A stretch of 64,000 nucleotides of DNA, from contig NC_058368.1 in NCBI RefSeq assembly GCF_018350175.1, positions 226,796,001 through 226,860,000 on the forward strand, in the 5' to 3' direction. The DNA comes from Felis catus (taxonomy: Eukaryota). The translations under genes and the position numbers were made by a program. Positions 35,183 through 47,148 of this stretch are shown here, piece after piece. Within the stretch, counting starts at the first letter, position 1; each line of letters starts with the position of its first letter. A model generated the notes under the pieces. The model was not told the DNA's origin, ran no database searches, and saw only the letters and a list, made by a program, of their open reading frames with translations.

Positions 35183-38100
35183 AGATCAAGGAATTTAGTA
35201 ACCTGAAAAATTTCAACTCTGAGTGGATGTCTTGAAGTTTTTTAAGAATGCACACACTTTGGTGTTCATATTTTCTGCTCATTCTAGACCAGAGAGAGTG
35301 ATTTTTTTTAATGGGTTAAGTTTAGCACAGGAGGAGAATATTTGGCCCAAACTATAGCAGCCACTTTGAATTCACAGAAGAATAAAAAAATTGTATCACT
35401 TTTTTTCTTCCACTTGCCCCCTCCCCCTTTTCGGCATATTTTAATAGCTGTCAGTGTCTTTAGCTCAATGTCAAGATCTGCCTTGGCTAAAAATTTGGAG
35501 TGGCCAAGTAATCAACATAGTTTTGTGGAAAGTACAACCTTTTGAAAAATACCTGTATGCATTCAACTTCAAGTCATACTTTTTTCAGGCACCCACCACA
35601 TGCCTGGCACTAAACCAGCCTTTTGGGTATGGCAGTCGATGAAACATTCAAAGTCCTCGCCATCATGCTTACCTTCTGTATATCTATGTCTAAAATAAAT
35701 AAAACGAGTTTACCTCAAATTTCAAACACTAGCGGGGTTACTCTTACAAGTAGATGCATTTCACACCGTCTGTGGACCTTGAAACCCTCTTAAGCAAATG
35801 GAAAGTAAAGAGAAGGAGTGAAGAGTAGAAGAAAGAACCTTGAACTTGGAACTAGGAGACTCGGATTTTAGCTTCCCATCCCCCCACTAATTGGCCATCT
35901 ATCTAATCATGGGCAAGGCACCTGACCTCACTGACGCACATCCTATCCTCACCTACCACAGTTCTGGGACAGCTCCAACTACTGGCTGGACCACCGTTCT
36001 CTAGTACAGCGAATTGGTATTCAGTTTCTTAACCTACAGTGCTGCTCAGATACTCAACCATATGTTAGAGACAAGCCCCATTCATCCATGAATGAAATGC
36101 TATGGCTCCTCAACGGAACCTACCCTAAAGAATCTGCAGGTGCAGCAAAGGGAAGCACTTTCTTCGGCCCATCCCTTCCCTTGCTCCAACGCCCCCATGC
36201 AAAAAAGAGGAATACGATATTAAAGGGCAGGTGGCTGCACATGCCTCATGCTCCTTTAAACATCATCTCTGACTTGTGTATTTGTGGGCGACCTCATTCG
36301 ACCCTCATCATCATGGGGTCGGTCTGCCATGCATCACCTACCTCAGGCTCTTACCATCTCCATTGCCACACTAGGGGGGGCCAACATTCTGTCCCGCTTC
36401 CTTCCCTCTTCTCTGTCGCTTACTTCTTACTGTCTCCTTTCTTTCTAGTTGGTTCTACACACCTTAGTTCTGCAGGAAACCAGAACTCCACTTATTGTGA
36501 ATCAGAACAGCTACGGCCCCATGAATGTCATAATGTACCCCACTCGGGGTCTACTTCCGTGGACCAGCCCTGAGACAAAGTACGTCATCAGAGCCTCCAG
36601 GTGCCTGTTTCTGTTCTCTAGAATCCTCTGCTCCCCAGATCCTCCATTCCTTAGCTTTGAAGACCATTCTGTCAGTCTAGCCCCAGCATCCAAACTGTAC
36701 TCGGATTTTCTCCTCAAACAAAACTCACCTGTCCTTTTGTCTTGGGCTTTTGGTGGCCGTGAGGTCTTGCTCAAAAGATGATACGTCCCTCTCTCATCCT
36801 CTGTGGGAAGTCCTAGGTACTCGGCCCTGAAGCTAGAAGGCACATCTATCTCCCTCGTAGGTCTGAGCTCACTGCTGCAGAATCACTACCAGAAAACATG
36901 AATGGGTTTAGCCCCTTACAAGTCAAACCCTGCTCTCTCCTAGACAGGAAAAACAGGGCAAACAACTGGGTGCCTGAAACGTAAGGTGTTGTGACTCTAC
37001 CACTTGGGAATCCGGTGCCAAGAATTGTCCAACAGAGAAAGAGAAAGGGCACATTCCCCCATAAGACCCTGGAATTACGAGCGGAACGCCACAGATTTGA
37101 AGCAAACCAGTACAGAACACACCACTTCTAATAACTCCATGTTCTTTTCTCTGGACTTCTTCGGCCTCAGCTTTCTCCACCTCAGAGTGAGCCTACCAAA
37201 AACGGAGAAAACATTCCAGATGTCGTGGTGTTATTGTTCCGTAAAATGCCACTTTCATCTGGTCTGTGTTATTTGGCATCCATTTTTAAATATGAACAAA
37301 CATCTTATTTGTCCTTTTGATGGCTGTTGAGCATTTGGCAGCTGCCGGCATTGTTCTACATCGTGTGACTCTGACAACACCCTTGCTCCATAGAACCCAG
37401 CAGAGGGCATGGGCAAACCAGGCTAGTTTGTCTGAGAACGCATGAAATAGCCAGTTCAAGCGAACTCTTATTTATAACACAGCCCAAATCCTCTAATCCC
37501 CTGACGTCCATCCGGTTGTGTTTCATTGTATTAATGATGTCAAGAACTCAAGCCCATCGCCTACTAATTATACGTTAAACCGACACAAATATGGTTCTGT
37601 GAATATTTTGATTTGATTGACGGTCGTAGTCCAACTTGGAAAGAGCTACACGGGCATCCCCGGTTAGCAACGACAAGGTACTGACGTATTTGCCCGGTTC
37701 TTCTTTTTTCATCGTGAAAAATCACCACAACCCACATTCGGTGTGCAACTTACACTCTGTACAGTAAATGCCAAGAACTTAATTGTCTTTCGCAGCTGTC
37801 CCATTTTGCGCACAGGCTAGAAAATTGCAAAATGAAGAGGAGAGCGTCACACAGGAGAAGCGCTTGGTTCTACCAAAGGCTTTGCTTCTTTTTGTTTTCC
37901 GGGTCATTCGGCACCAAACAATGGAAATTTCTGGACCACTGGTATCTCGGTCGGAGCCTTTTAAATGGAAATACCAACCATGAGCCACGAGAGTGGGTTC
38001 CCGTGTCCAAGAGAGGCTGATGTTTTGGAGTCAGAATATGGAAGGTCTTCATGTAAGCTAGAACTTTACAGAAGCAAGGAGAGTCACAGGTTGTACGCAG

Positions 38101-40425
38101 ATTCAATTTTCCAGGTTGAAAAACTCCTTTCCTTCTCCTCCCTTTATTGGTCACTTAGACACATTATGACCGAGTCACTTGGGCTATGGGCAAATAAAAG
38201 AAAACAATAAAAATCTCAGGGTCTAGAAGTAGTCAAACAAGTAACCATTGTGCAGTGCTACCCAAGGGCCCTCCTTGGGTTAATGCGTGTCTTACTGATG
38301 CTGTCAGGCCTTGACTTTACAATCTCTTGTTCAATGGCAGGGTATGGTATAAATAAGAAGTATTTCCTTAATCAGCTACTTTATTCCCGCGCTTTGGAAT
38401 AGTCCACAGAATGGCAAATTCACACCCTGGATCAGTCTTATACCTACCGGTTCAGATTTCCATCACTCACTGATCCTACAGCTAGATGATAAAAAATCTG
38501 TTAATGCCAGCTTTCCTTTTAGAATGATTGTTGATCCGTTATTCATTAAATTTTTTTAGGACAATCTTTTCCAGAAATAGGATGGAATCATGGAATTTCA
38601 GAGCTGGCAAACGATTAGAGATCCTAGTTCAACTCCTGGACTTTACAGATGAACAACCTGAGATCAGGAGTGGATAAATGATTTCAGTGGAGATAGCAGG
38701 GCTCCAACAGTCATCTGACTTGTGGGGTTTTTTTTCTCCTCTCTTACTCAGCAAGGAAGATGCCAGAAAACCACATTGGATTACAGAGAATGGCTCCAGC
38801 TCTCCTTGGAAGCCAGGGGGAGAGTGCGCACAAGTCACAGACACAGAGGTAATATCGTAAAGGTTAGTAACTAGTGTGGCACGGGTTGACCAGGCGTCGA
38901 ATGGACATTGGCCACACACTTGGAGCAGACTTCTGGATACCTGCTGTGCTGGTCATTAAATTTCAGCTAGTGAATAATGGGAAGGTCTGGAGGCAAAGAG
39001 GGAGGGGCTGGAGCAGGCAGAGGTGGGGCCCTCAGGAAACACAAGGCAGAAGCCATATAGACTAACCAACGTGGAAGCGTTTCAGTGTTTAAGCAACCAG
39101 CATTCCATATCGTCAGGTGCCAGCCCAGCTTGGAATAGTATACAGACCGAGCGGCCCATTACTTGAGGGGAGGGATGCAACTAACTCTTTGGCGTTCTCA
39201 GGACTTAACGCGACAACTCTATGGCACCCAGTGGTATCGTCAGGGAAAAGTCAAGGGCAGCGGTTCTAGATCTGTTGGTGGCATCAAGTCTGATGTCTCA
39301 TCCCACCTGGCAGGTTGGGACATGGCAGTACATGTGAACTGAACAAAGAAATGCTCCATACAAGAGGGTGTTGCCTTGAGGTTCATACAGAAGAGGGGAC
39401 CCATTGTCGACCACAGGGTTCTGCTCCCCGTCTGAAGGCCGGCCGTGCCGGTCCTCACCATAGGCACTGCAAGAGAGCAAATGTCCCCACCATTCTGCCC
39501 GCTACCAGGGTTGGGAGAACTTTGTAGGTAAGACACATCTTGTCAGCATGGAGTCTACTGAGCTATCAGCATTCTTCTCCATGGTTAGCGTAGAGAATGG
39601 GGCTACAAGTAGGACAGACACTGGCCTTAAGACCATCAGACCTCCCTATAGGAATGCTAGTGCTGTGCTTCTGGGGCTAGAACGTGCGGGTCCCAAGTGT
39701 GCTTGCTCTGAGCTTGGGCTGAGAGGCATCCGTTGTCCGGTGAGGAGCGTGGGAGAGCCCTGGCTTTCCCAAGGTGTCACGCCAAGAAACGTGTGCAGCT
39801 GGATCCCTCATCAGCTGACTTCCAGTGCCGTGTTCTCTGCCCTTTTACATAACAGTGATGATGTATCACACTGAGACATTCCTGTGAAATTAGACACAGA
39901 AGCTGACTCTCCGTGCGTAGAGGACTACAGGAAGCCCGTAATGCGTAATTGCAGATTTCAGGAATTTCCCACTCACTCGTGTTCTCCTTTCCAGTGGCTC
40001 TAAAATGACCCTGGTTGCTACACTGCCTGAAGGTAATGCTGAGTTCAGGATCTATGTTGTGATTACTCATCAATTTATCCATCTACCATTTTTATGTGTC
40101 AGAATCTGAGCTAGACCCTGGGACTCCAAAGATGTTATGACAGGTTCTCTCCATCTGTCTCTAAGCTGTGAGCCAACAGGCTCCAAGTGTTAGCCTCCTG
40201 ATGCGACACAAATGCCTGTTAGTCATTCCATTTAACCAGCTTTTTTAAATATCGTTTCAAACATTTCAATGATCCAGCACTAGATGGACCAGGGTTGATT
40301 AAATCAATATCCACCCTCTCATTAAATACCCCATACTTCTGATCCATTGTACGGAGGCCAAATTTAGAAGCCTGAATTCCTCCTTCGCATGGGGCTAGTT
40401 ATCCCATCCAAGGCTCTCTGGTTCC

Positions 40426-40849
40426 TGTAGGGGGTTGAGTGGTGGTCCTTAAAAACACATGTTCACGCTTTAACCCCCAGAATCATGAAGGTGACCTTAC
40501 TTCGAAAAAAGTCTTTGTAGATGTAATTACATTGCAATCCCAAGATGGGATTGTGCCGGAATATCTGGGTGTGCCCTGAATCCAGTAATAAGTGTCCATA
40601 TAGGAAACAGAAGACGAGACACACAGAGGGAAAGGGTCCTTTGAAGGTGGACGCAGAGATTGGAGGGAGACGGCCCCCAGCCAGGGAACGCCAACAGCTG
40701 CTGGAAGTCGAAAGGGCAAGAAAATTTTCTCCCTTAAAGCCTCTGGAGGGAGTGTGGTCCTGCCCACCCTTTGATTTCAGAATTCTGGCCTCCAGAACTA
40801 TGAGAGAATAAAGTTCTGTCGTTTTAAGCCCCCCAGTTCATGGTCATTT
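40426..40849 (+). mobile_element. MaLR LTR (MLT1C/D-like)
   Basis: tgtagggggttgagtggtgg...gtctttgtagatgtaatt...ttctggcctccagaactatgagagaataaagttctgtcgttttaagcc. Confidence 0.88.
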
Positions 40850-40855
40850 CTTTCT

Positions 40856-41006
40856 CTCATGGTCAGTGAGTTCGAGCCCCACTTGGGGTTCTGGGCTGAC
40901 AGCCCAGAGCCTGCCTGGAGCCTGCTTCCGATTCTGTGTCTCCCCCTCTCTCTGCCCCTCCCCAGCTCATGCTTTGCCTCTCTCGAAAATAAACATTAAA
41001 AAAAGT
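40856..41006 (+). mobile_element. 5'-truncated SINEC abutting the MLT1 end
   Basis: gtgagttcgagcccc...aaaataaacattaaaa; head missing. Confidence 0.88.
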
Positions 41007-42126
41007 TATAGAATGAGTCCTCTCTGTCACCTACTTATTTTCTCACCTCTAACCAGGGACTCATTTAAGTTACATTTTATTAGAAGGCTGAATCACAAGG
41101 TACACAAGGCAACTCGTGCCTAGAGCCTGGGGCAGCACCTGACCGTGGACAGTCCATGTATGTGTGTTGTGAAGCCAAAATTGATTACAGTTATTTCTGA
41201 ATCAATTTGCAGTTTCCTCCCCACATTTGTGTTGTTACACGAGGCCCGTGCTGTTATTTCTCTTGGAAATCAAGAGCTGCAAGACGGGCAGAGTGCTGTG
41301 GGAATTTACGAGAGGCTGGAGCTGCTTTTGCCTGGGGAGCCTGCAGCTTACTGCACTCCCAGGGCCCCGGGTTTTCTCTCCTCTGTGGCTCCAAAAGGCC
41401 TCTGCTTTGTAGTAAACATGGGTGTGCATGCATTTGTGCATGCATTTGTGGTCTTACAAATTCCTCCAGGGTAAGGACGAGTCTCAAGCGTGTTTATAAC
41501 CGCCCTCCCCACAACCAGTGCCCACCGAAGTCCCTTCCACGTAGAGGAGGCTGGAAACCCTTTCGCTGAGCCCAGATGTTTCCATCCGGAGGTGGTTCGG
41601 GGCTACCTCGGGCTGCCAGCGGTAGATGGCGATAGAAGGTGCAGGGGAAGCAACCTCGTCTTCCATTTCTCTTTTATGCACTTTCCGTTTCCGTCAGCTT
41701 TATTCTTGGAGGCTTTTCTCCTCGGGGGTTATAAGCTAAGATGCTACTGTCTGCCCCCGGTGGCTTCGTGGATCGTTTGAGATCTCCTCCCAAGAACAAA
41801 TTGGAATGCCCTGCATTGTGTCTGCTGGGTCCCAACCATAATTTATTTAAACGCAGCTCTTGGCAGTTTATATAAGTCAGTTGGCCCATTCTGTGGGTGA
41901 GCGCCCCAGTGTGTTCTCGCTCTATTTTCAGACTTGCACGCGAATATGTTTAGCAATTGAATTTTTTATTCTATAAAACTTGAGCCCTGCCTGTCAGGAA
42001 CCAATGCTTGGACTACACGCATGGTTGGACTACATTGCTTTGAGGATTTAGGGGTAACAGCATGCTTTTTACATATATTTATTTTTATATTGGTGTTTTA
42101 CTCCTTAATTCTGAAGCTTTGTCAAT

Positions 42127-42402
42127 NNNNNNNNNNNNNNNNNNNNNNNNNNNNNNNNNNNNNNNNNNNNNNNNNNNNNNNNNNNNNNNNNNNNNNNNNN
42201 NNNNNNNNNNNNNNNNNNNNNNNNNNNNNNNNNNNNNNNNNNNNNNNNNNNNNNNNNNNNNNNNNNNNNNNNNNNNNNNNNNNNNNNNNNNNNNNNNNNN
42301 NNNNNNNNNNNNNNNNNNNNNNNNNNNNNNNNNNNNNNNNNNNNNNNNNNNNNNNNNNNNNNNNNNNNNNNNNNNNNNNNNNNNNNNNNNNNNNNNNNNN
42401 NN
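42127..42402. other. Assembly gap (N run)
   Basis: Run of n. Confidence 1.
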
Positions 42403-43268
42403 GGATTGTAGCCCGTCACATTGGTATTTCCGAATTTTTCTGAGATTGCTTTATTCTTTTTCCTTGAGGAGTACTCTGCCCATCTTCATTCACTATAAAA
42501 ACACAGACAAGTTTGGTGATACGGGGCACTAGGAACTTACTTTGTGGTGAGAAAACAGCCTCTGGAGGGTGTTGCAAAGTTTACATACCCTGTGGCTACT
42601 TCCTGAGATTTCAAATACTAATGGTCCTTGGATTACAGAGCAAATGCATCGTCAATTGTTAGTGTGGGTGTGCCTAGGCTCCCAAATTATATGTTAACAT
42701 TGAAATTTGAAAAGAGGAAATGAGAAATGTCTGGCTGGACCTTTAGGTTGTTTTACGAGAGGCTATCCATGATGATATCAACAAGAGGTACAAAGTGACT
42801 TTGACCCGGATCTCAGCTTCATAGCTTTAGAATGGCCTTAGCTGTGGAAATGCACAGCCCAGCTGAACCACGCTGTGTTCGTACAGCCTGACTGTGATCA
42901 ACCGACTAAAAAATAAAGAAGAAAAACAACGCTTTGCACTTGTGAGTGCTCGATAATTATTCATTTACATTGAGTAAATGAAGTTTTGGAAATTTCAGTA
43001 TTATTTTTAAGAAAGTAAAAAAGTGTGCCAACATGTCTTTATTTTTAGAGGCGATGATAAGTGTGCATTTACGTCATGCATAACAAAAACTTTTTAAGCG
43101 GTGCTCCACGGTTTAAATATTTGTAGCATGCAAGCATTGCTGTAACCCGGATGGAGCAAAGGCTCAGCATTTCACTATAACCCCCAAGGAGGAACCTAAA
43201 TCCCAAATCCTTTCATGAGAAATGTAGGTTTTACTAAAGATTTCACTGGGCAGCAATCACCCAGCTAA

Positions 43269-43479
43269 TTTTTTAAGTTTATTTATTTTGAGAGAGAGGG
43301 AGGGAGAGAGAGAGAGAGATGCGGGAGGGGCACAGAAAGAGGGAGAGGGAGGACCCCAAGCAGGCTCTGTGCTGAGTGTAGAGCCCAACGCAGGGCTCGA
43401 ACCCAGGAGCTGTGAGATCAAGACCTGAGCTGAACCCAAGAGTCGGGTTCTCCACCTACTGATCCACGCAGGTGCCCCC
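43269..43479 (-). mobile_element. SINEC
   Basis: Reverse-complement SINE body. Confidence 0.9.
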
Positions 43480-44054
43480 ACGAAGCAAAGTTGAAACTGA
43501 TTCACCACTGCTCTTTTTCCCCAGGACACCTTCCCACAGACTCTTCGCTCCCCCTTTCCAAGCTGGACTTTCCGCAGGTAACTCTGTCATGTTATACCTC
43601 TTTCTTCACGGGCAGCCTCTTCCCTGCCATCTCTTTTTTCAACTCCATTTCCAGCTTCTCCCGCTCTGAAGGGCCCTTTGGAGTTCCGTGATATTGACAA
43701 ACTTTTTGATAAGCCACGCAAAGCCTGATGGGGAATCTCTTCCCTGAGCTTAGACAAACCAATATCAGGATGTATTTGTGTCTGGAGGAGGGAGTTGGTG
43801 CCCAGCGTGAGCGTCTGGCTTCTCTGTCTTCTTAATCAGGGTCAGAATTAGCCCGCACCTGATGGACCCAGTAACAGCCACCAGGCGTGGACAACTCTTG
43901 CTCCTGCGTCGGGGGGAGGGGGCTGACTCCCTCTCGCGCTCAGGGTAGTAGCACCAGGGCTCACTGTGAAGTTCGCCTTGAGATGGCCTGGCATACAGGT
44001 GACAGGTGTGGACATGGCCATCCTCCCTCACTGCCAAGCTCCGATCACACGATG

Positions 44055-44463
44055 GGCATCTCTTCTGGCTGCTGTTAACAAATTACTAGACAACATGAGT
44101 TTATTAACTTACATCTGAAGGTCGGGAGTCCGAAATAGGTCAGCAGGACCGTGTTACTTCCGGAGACTGTAGAACAGGATCTATTTCCTCGCCTTTTCCA
44201 GTTTCTGACGGCTGCCCCTACTCGTTGGTTCATGGCCCTGCATCACTCTGACCCCTGCTTCTGTCGCACATCTTCTCCTCTGACTCTGGCCCTTCTCCCT
44301 CCCTATATAAGGAGCCTTGAGATTGGTTTGGACTTGACAACGTGATCTCCCCATCTGATGCTCTTTAACTTGATCATGTCTGTAAAGTCCCTTTTGTCAT
44401 GTACATAATAACATTCACAGGCTCTGAGATGAAGATGTGGAGGCCATCATTCTGCCTAACACA
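44055..44463 (-). mobile_element. MaLR LTR (MLT1D-like)
   Basis: ggctgctgttaacaaattac...ttcctcgccttttccagtttct...aaagtcccttttg...ggccatcattctgcctaacaca. Confidence 0.85.
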
Positions 44464-45262
44464 CACCCAGTCATCAGCTTCCTGTTGTCTGCGTGATAAG
44501 AAGTTCCCAGTATTGCTGAGCCTAATCATTGGCAAACCCAAGGCATCTCTGCTTGAATCTGTCCCATTTCCTGAAGCTTTCAGGCTCACCTGAGCTCTTT
44601 TAGCATGAGCAGTGGAGTCTCCTATGGGAAGCCGCCAAGAAAATCACCGTCTTCCTCAGAAGCACAACAAGGTGGGTATTTACATTTTCCTACCTCCTCA
44701 GGAGTCATCTCAGAGACCCTTCCCTTTGGTGTCGGGCCAGTCGGTCTGCTCAGGATTGAAGAACCTTACAAGCGCATGACTGGACAATGCTCAGCCTCGC
44801 TAAGTCCCAGGTGAGCTGGCTTCCAAATTCCAGAAAACAGTTGAAGTAGTTCTTTCAACTCTGGGAAGCTCAGGGAGCTTGTCTTGTTGCCTAAAATGGC
44901 ACAAATGCCTTTCGTGGCGAGTAGTCCCATAAGGAGTGATCTGCACCCTGCGATGTGAGGGCAGCTGCTGTAAAATGTTCAGAGCCAAGCCTTTGACCGG
45001 TTTCTGCCTTCTTTCCTCTTCTCAGACCTAGCCAGCACATTAGGTGGCTGGGGCTATGTAGATACAGCCTGGCCAGGGAAACTTGATGACCTCTGGTGCA
45101 AACCATTGACGGGTTCCATTATACCCTAGCCTTCTCTCATTTCGCTCACAGACACTCTCACAGATTTCTGTTAGGGTGGGTCAGCCAAAGTTCAAATGCC
45201 TTTTTCTCCCGGGATTGACATTCTATTGCTTCAAAACACCATCAGTTATCTGGTGCACCATT

Positions 45263-45287
45263 CCCCCCCCCCCCCCCCCCCCCCCCC
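45263..45287 (+). repeat. Poly-C tract (25 nt)
   Basis: Read directly from the sequence. Confidence 0.95.
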
Positions 45288-45773
45288 AGTCCAGACAACA
45301 TGATCTTTCCTATCTCCTGTCTTCACGTGTTAGCCAGGCTTCTGATAGCCATTCCCGACTTGGAGTGATGGTCTAAAACAAGGGTGTTAAACATAATTCC
45401 TTGTGCATTCCTTTTCTTCATTATCTCTCAGAAAGGATTGATGGTCACAGAAAAAGCCTTTCAACAGCTCAAATAAGTGGTTTATCCCTCATTTCCAATC
45501 GCTTTTTGTCTTCTGAAGACTTTGCATTACTCCCTCTTAACCTCCCGCAGTGTTAAAAAATCTCCATTGTATAGCCATTGTTTCCAACTCAAAAGAGTTA
45601 CCCGCCAGGGATTTTAATTAGACCTTGGTAGAGATGTATACTGCCTCGGGATTCTTAAATCCAGGTCTAGGGCTCTGACATGGAATTTCCATGAACTGCT
45701 TTCCAATGCCGGCTGCAAATACATTTCCCTGTCTTTCGTTTGTTCAGTTAAAGGCTGAACACTCACTAGCCTC

Positions 45774-46463
45774 TGTAGTGGGAAAGACTGTATTCCCTTT
45801 GGAGTCATCTCACACAAACAGGTGTGCAAGTCCCTGGTGGGCAGGGAGTCCGTCTAAATTGCCAGACCTGAGTGAAGAAACAGCTAGGGTCTCATTAGCT
45901 CACCAAGCTAACATCTCAAGGCTGCAATCGCCTGGGGTGCAGTGATTCCCTGCCGGCCCAGATACCATTAAATACCTCTTTTGGAACAATGCTGGGAGTG
46001 TCTGACCACGGCAAGCCCCCTCAGGCGTAAGCAGGCAGTAAGGTTCCTCTTAAGAATGTAACAGACCCCACCTACGCCCCCTCAGGTTTCTCTTCTAGAA
46101 TTTGACAAAAACCAAGTATGGCCATAGACCAACCCTCAGACAATGGAAACCAGCAGGTCAGGAATGGACAACTCAGCACCTAGAACTATCAAAAGCCAAT
46201 AAGGGTAGAACTTGAGAAGGACCAAGGGGGAAGGGATGGGGGAGGGTTGACCAGAACCTTATAAAACAAGGACCCTCGCCTAGAGTCGGGGCATTCACTT
46301 TTGAATGTCCCCTCTCCGTAAAGAGAGCTTTCCTACGATTCTTCCTTTATCATTTTATATTCTAATAAACATTTGCCTGCCGATCATTTTGTGTCTACCT
46401 ATTCATCCTTCCAAGTGGCGAGACAATGAATCCAAGTAGTGTGGGGAAAAAAATCCTGCAACA
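45774..46463 (+). mobile_element. Solo ERV LTR (probably carnivore ERV1 class); 5' boundary tentative
   Basis: TG...CA ends (tgtagtgggaaa ... aaaatcctgcaaca), CCAAT 46196-46200, TATAAAA 46260-46266, AATAAA 46364-46369. No primer-binding site after the end; TSD not identified. Confidence 0.75.
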
Positions 46464-46921
46464 TTAACATGTTTCTTTCTAGGGGCCATCTGAGAGGACA
46501 GGAAGCGTGTGGTTTCCCAACCCTGATCTGATTTTACTCTTCTTCCATCATACAGTTGATTTTCTGCGCCACCTCTTAAGGGGAGTTGCCCCCAGTGACT
46601 CTAGGCGGTGTATCTCCCAACCTAAGAAAGGCTATCTAAGTGATCCTAAAGTGCCTGCACCTACCCATTGGGTGAGCTGCTTTTAGAGATTCTAAGTTCA
46701 CATCCCAACAACTGTCTCAGAGAAAAAAGCTATGACACATGTAAATCTGTTTAATGGGGAGATTTAGCTTTTGGGGGATGTCCCAAACCCCTTTCCCTCC
46801 ACCTCTTTGGTGCTCAATACTGGGCCCCCTTTATGAGACCTATTTGCTCAGTGCTATAGCTTTCTGGGAACTCTGAATTGCCGGAAGTCTGTCTATTACT
46901 AGTTAGTAAGACTCAGCCTGC

Positions 46922-47148
46922 GGGGTGCCTGGGTGGCGCAGTCGGTTAAGCATCCGACTTCAGCCAGGTCACGATCTTGCGGTCCGTGAGTTCGAGCCCC
47001 GCGTCAGGCTCTGGGCTGATGGCTCAGAGCCTGGAGCCTGTTTCTGATTCTGTGTCTCCCTCTCTCTCTCTGCCCCTCCCCCGTTCATGCTCTGTCTCTC
47101 TCTGTCCCAAAAATAAATAAATGTTGAAAAAAAAATTAAAAAAAAAAA
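46922..47148 (+). mobile_element. Young SINEC_Fc
   Basis: TSD aagactcagcctg at 46908-46920 and 47149-47161. Confidence 0.97.

Noticed and set aside
42021-42532. ORFs spanning the N runs (also 24203-24455)
   Set aside because: Artefacts of assembly gaps.
42840-42930. Two short hairpins followed by an A-rich stretch, as a retroposed small RNA
   Set aside because: No similarity I can recognise to 7SL, Y, U or tRNA sequences, and no TSD.
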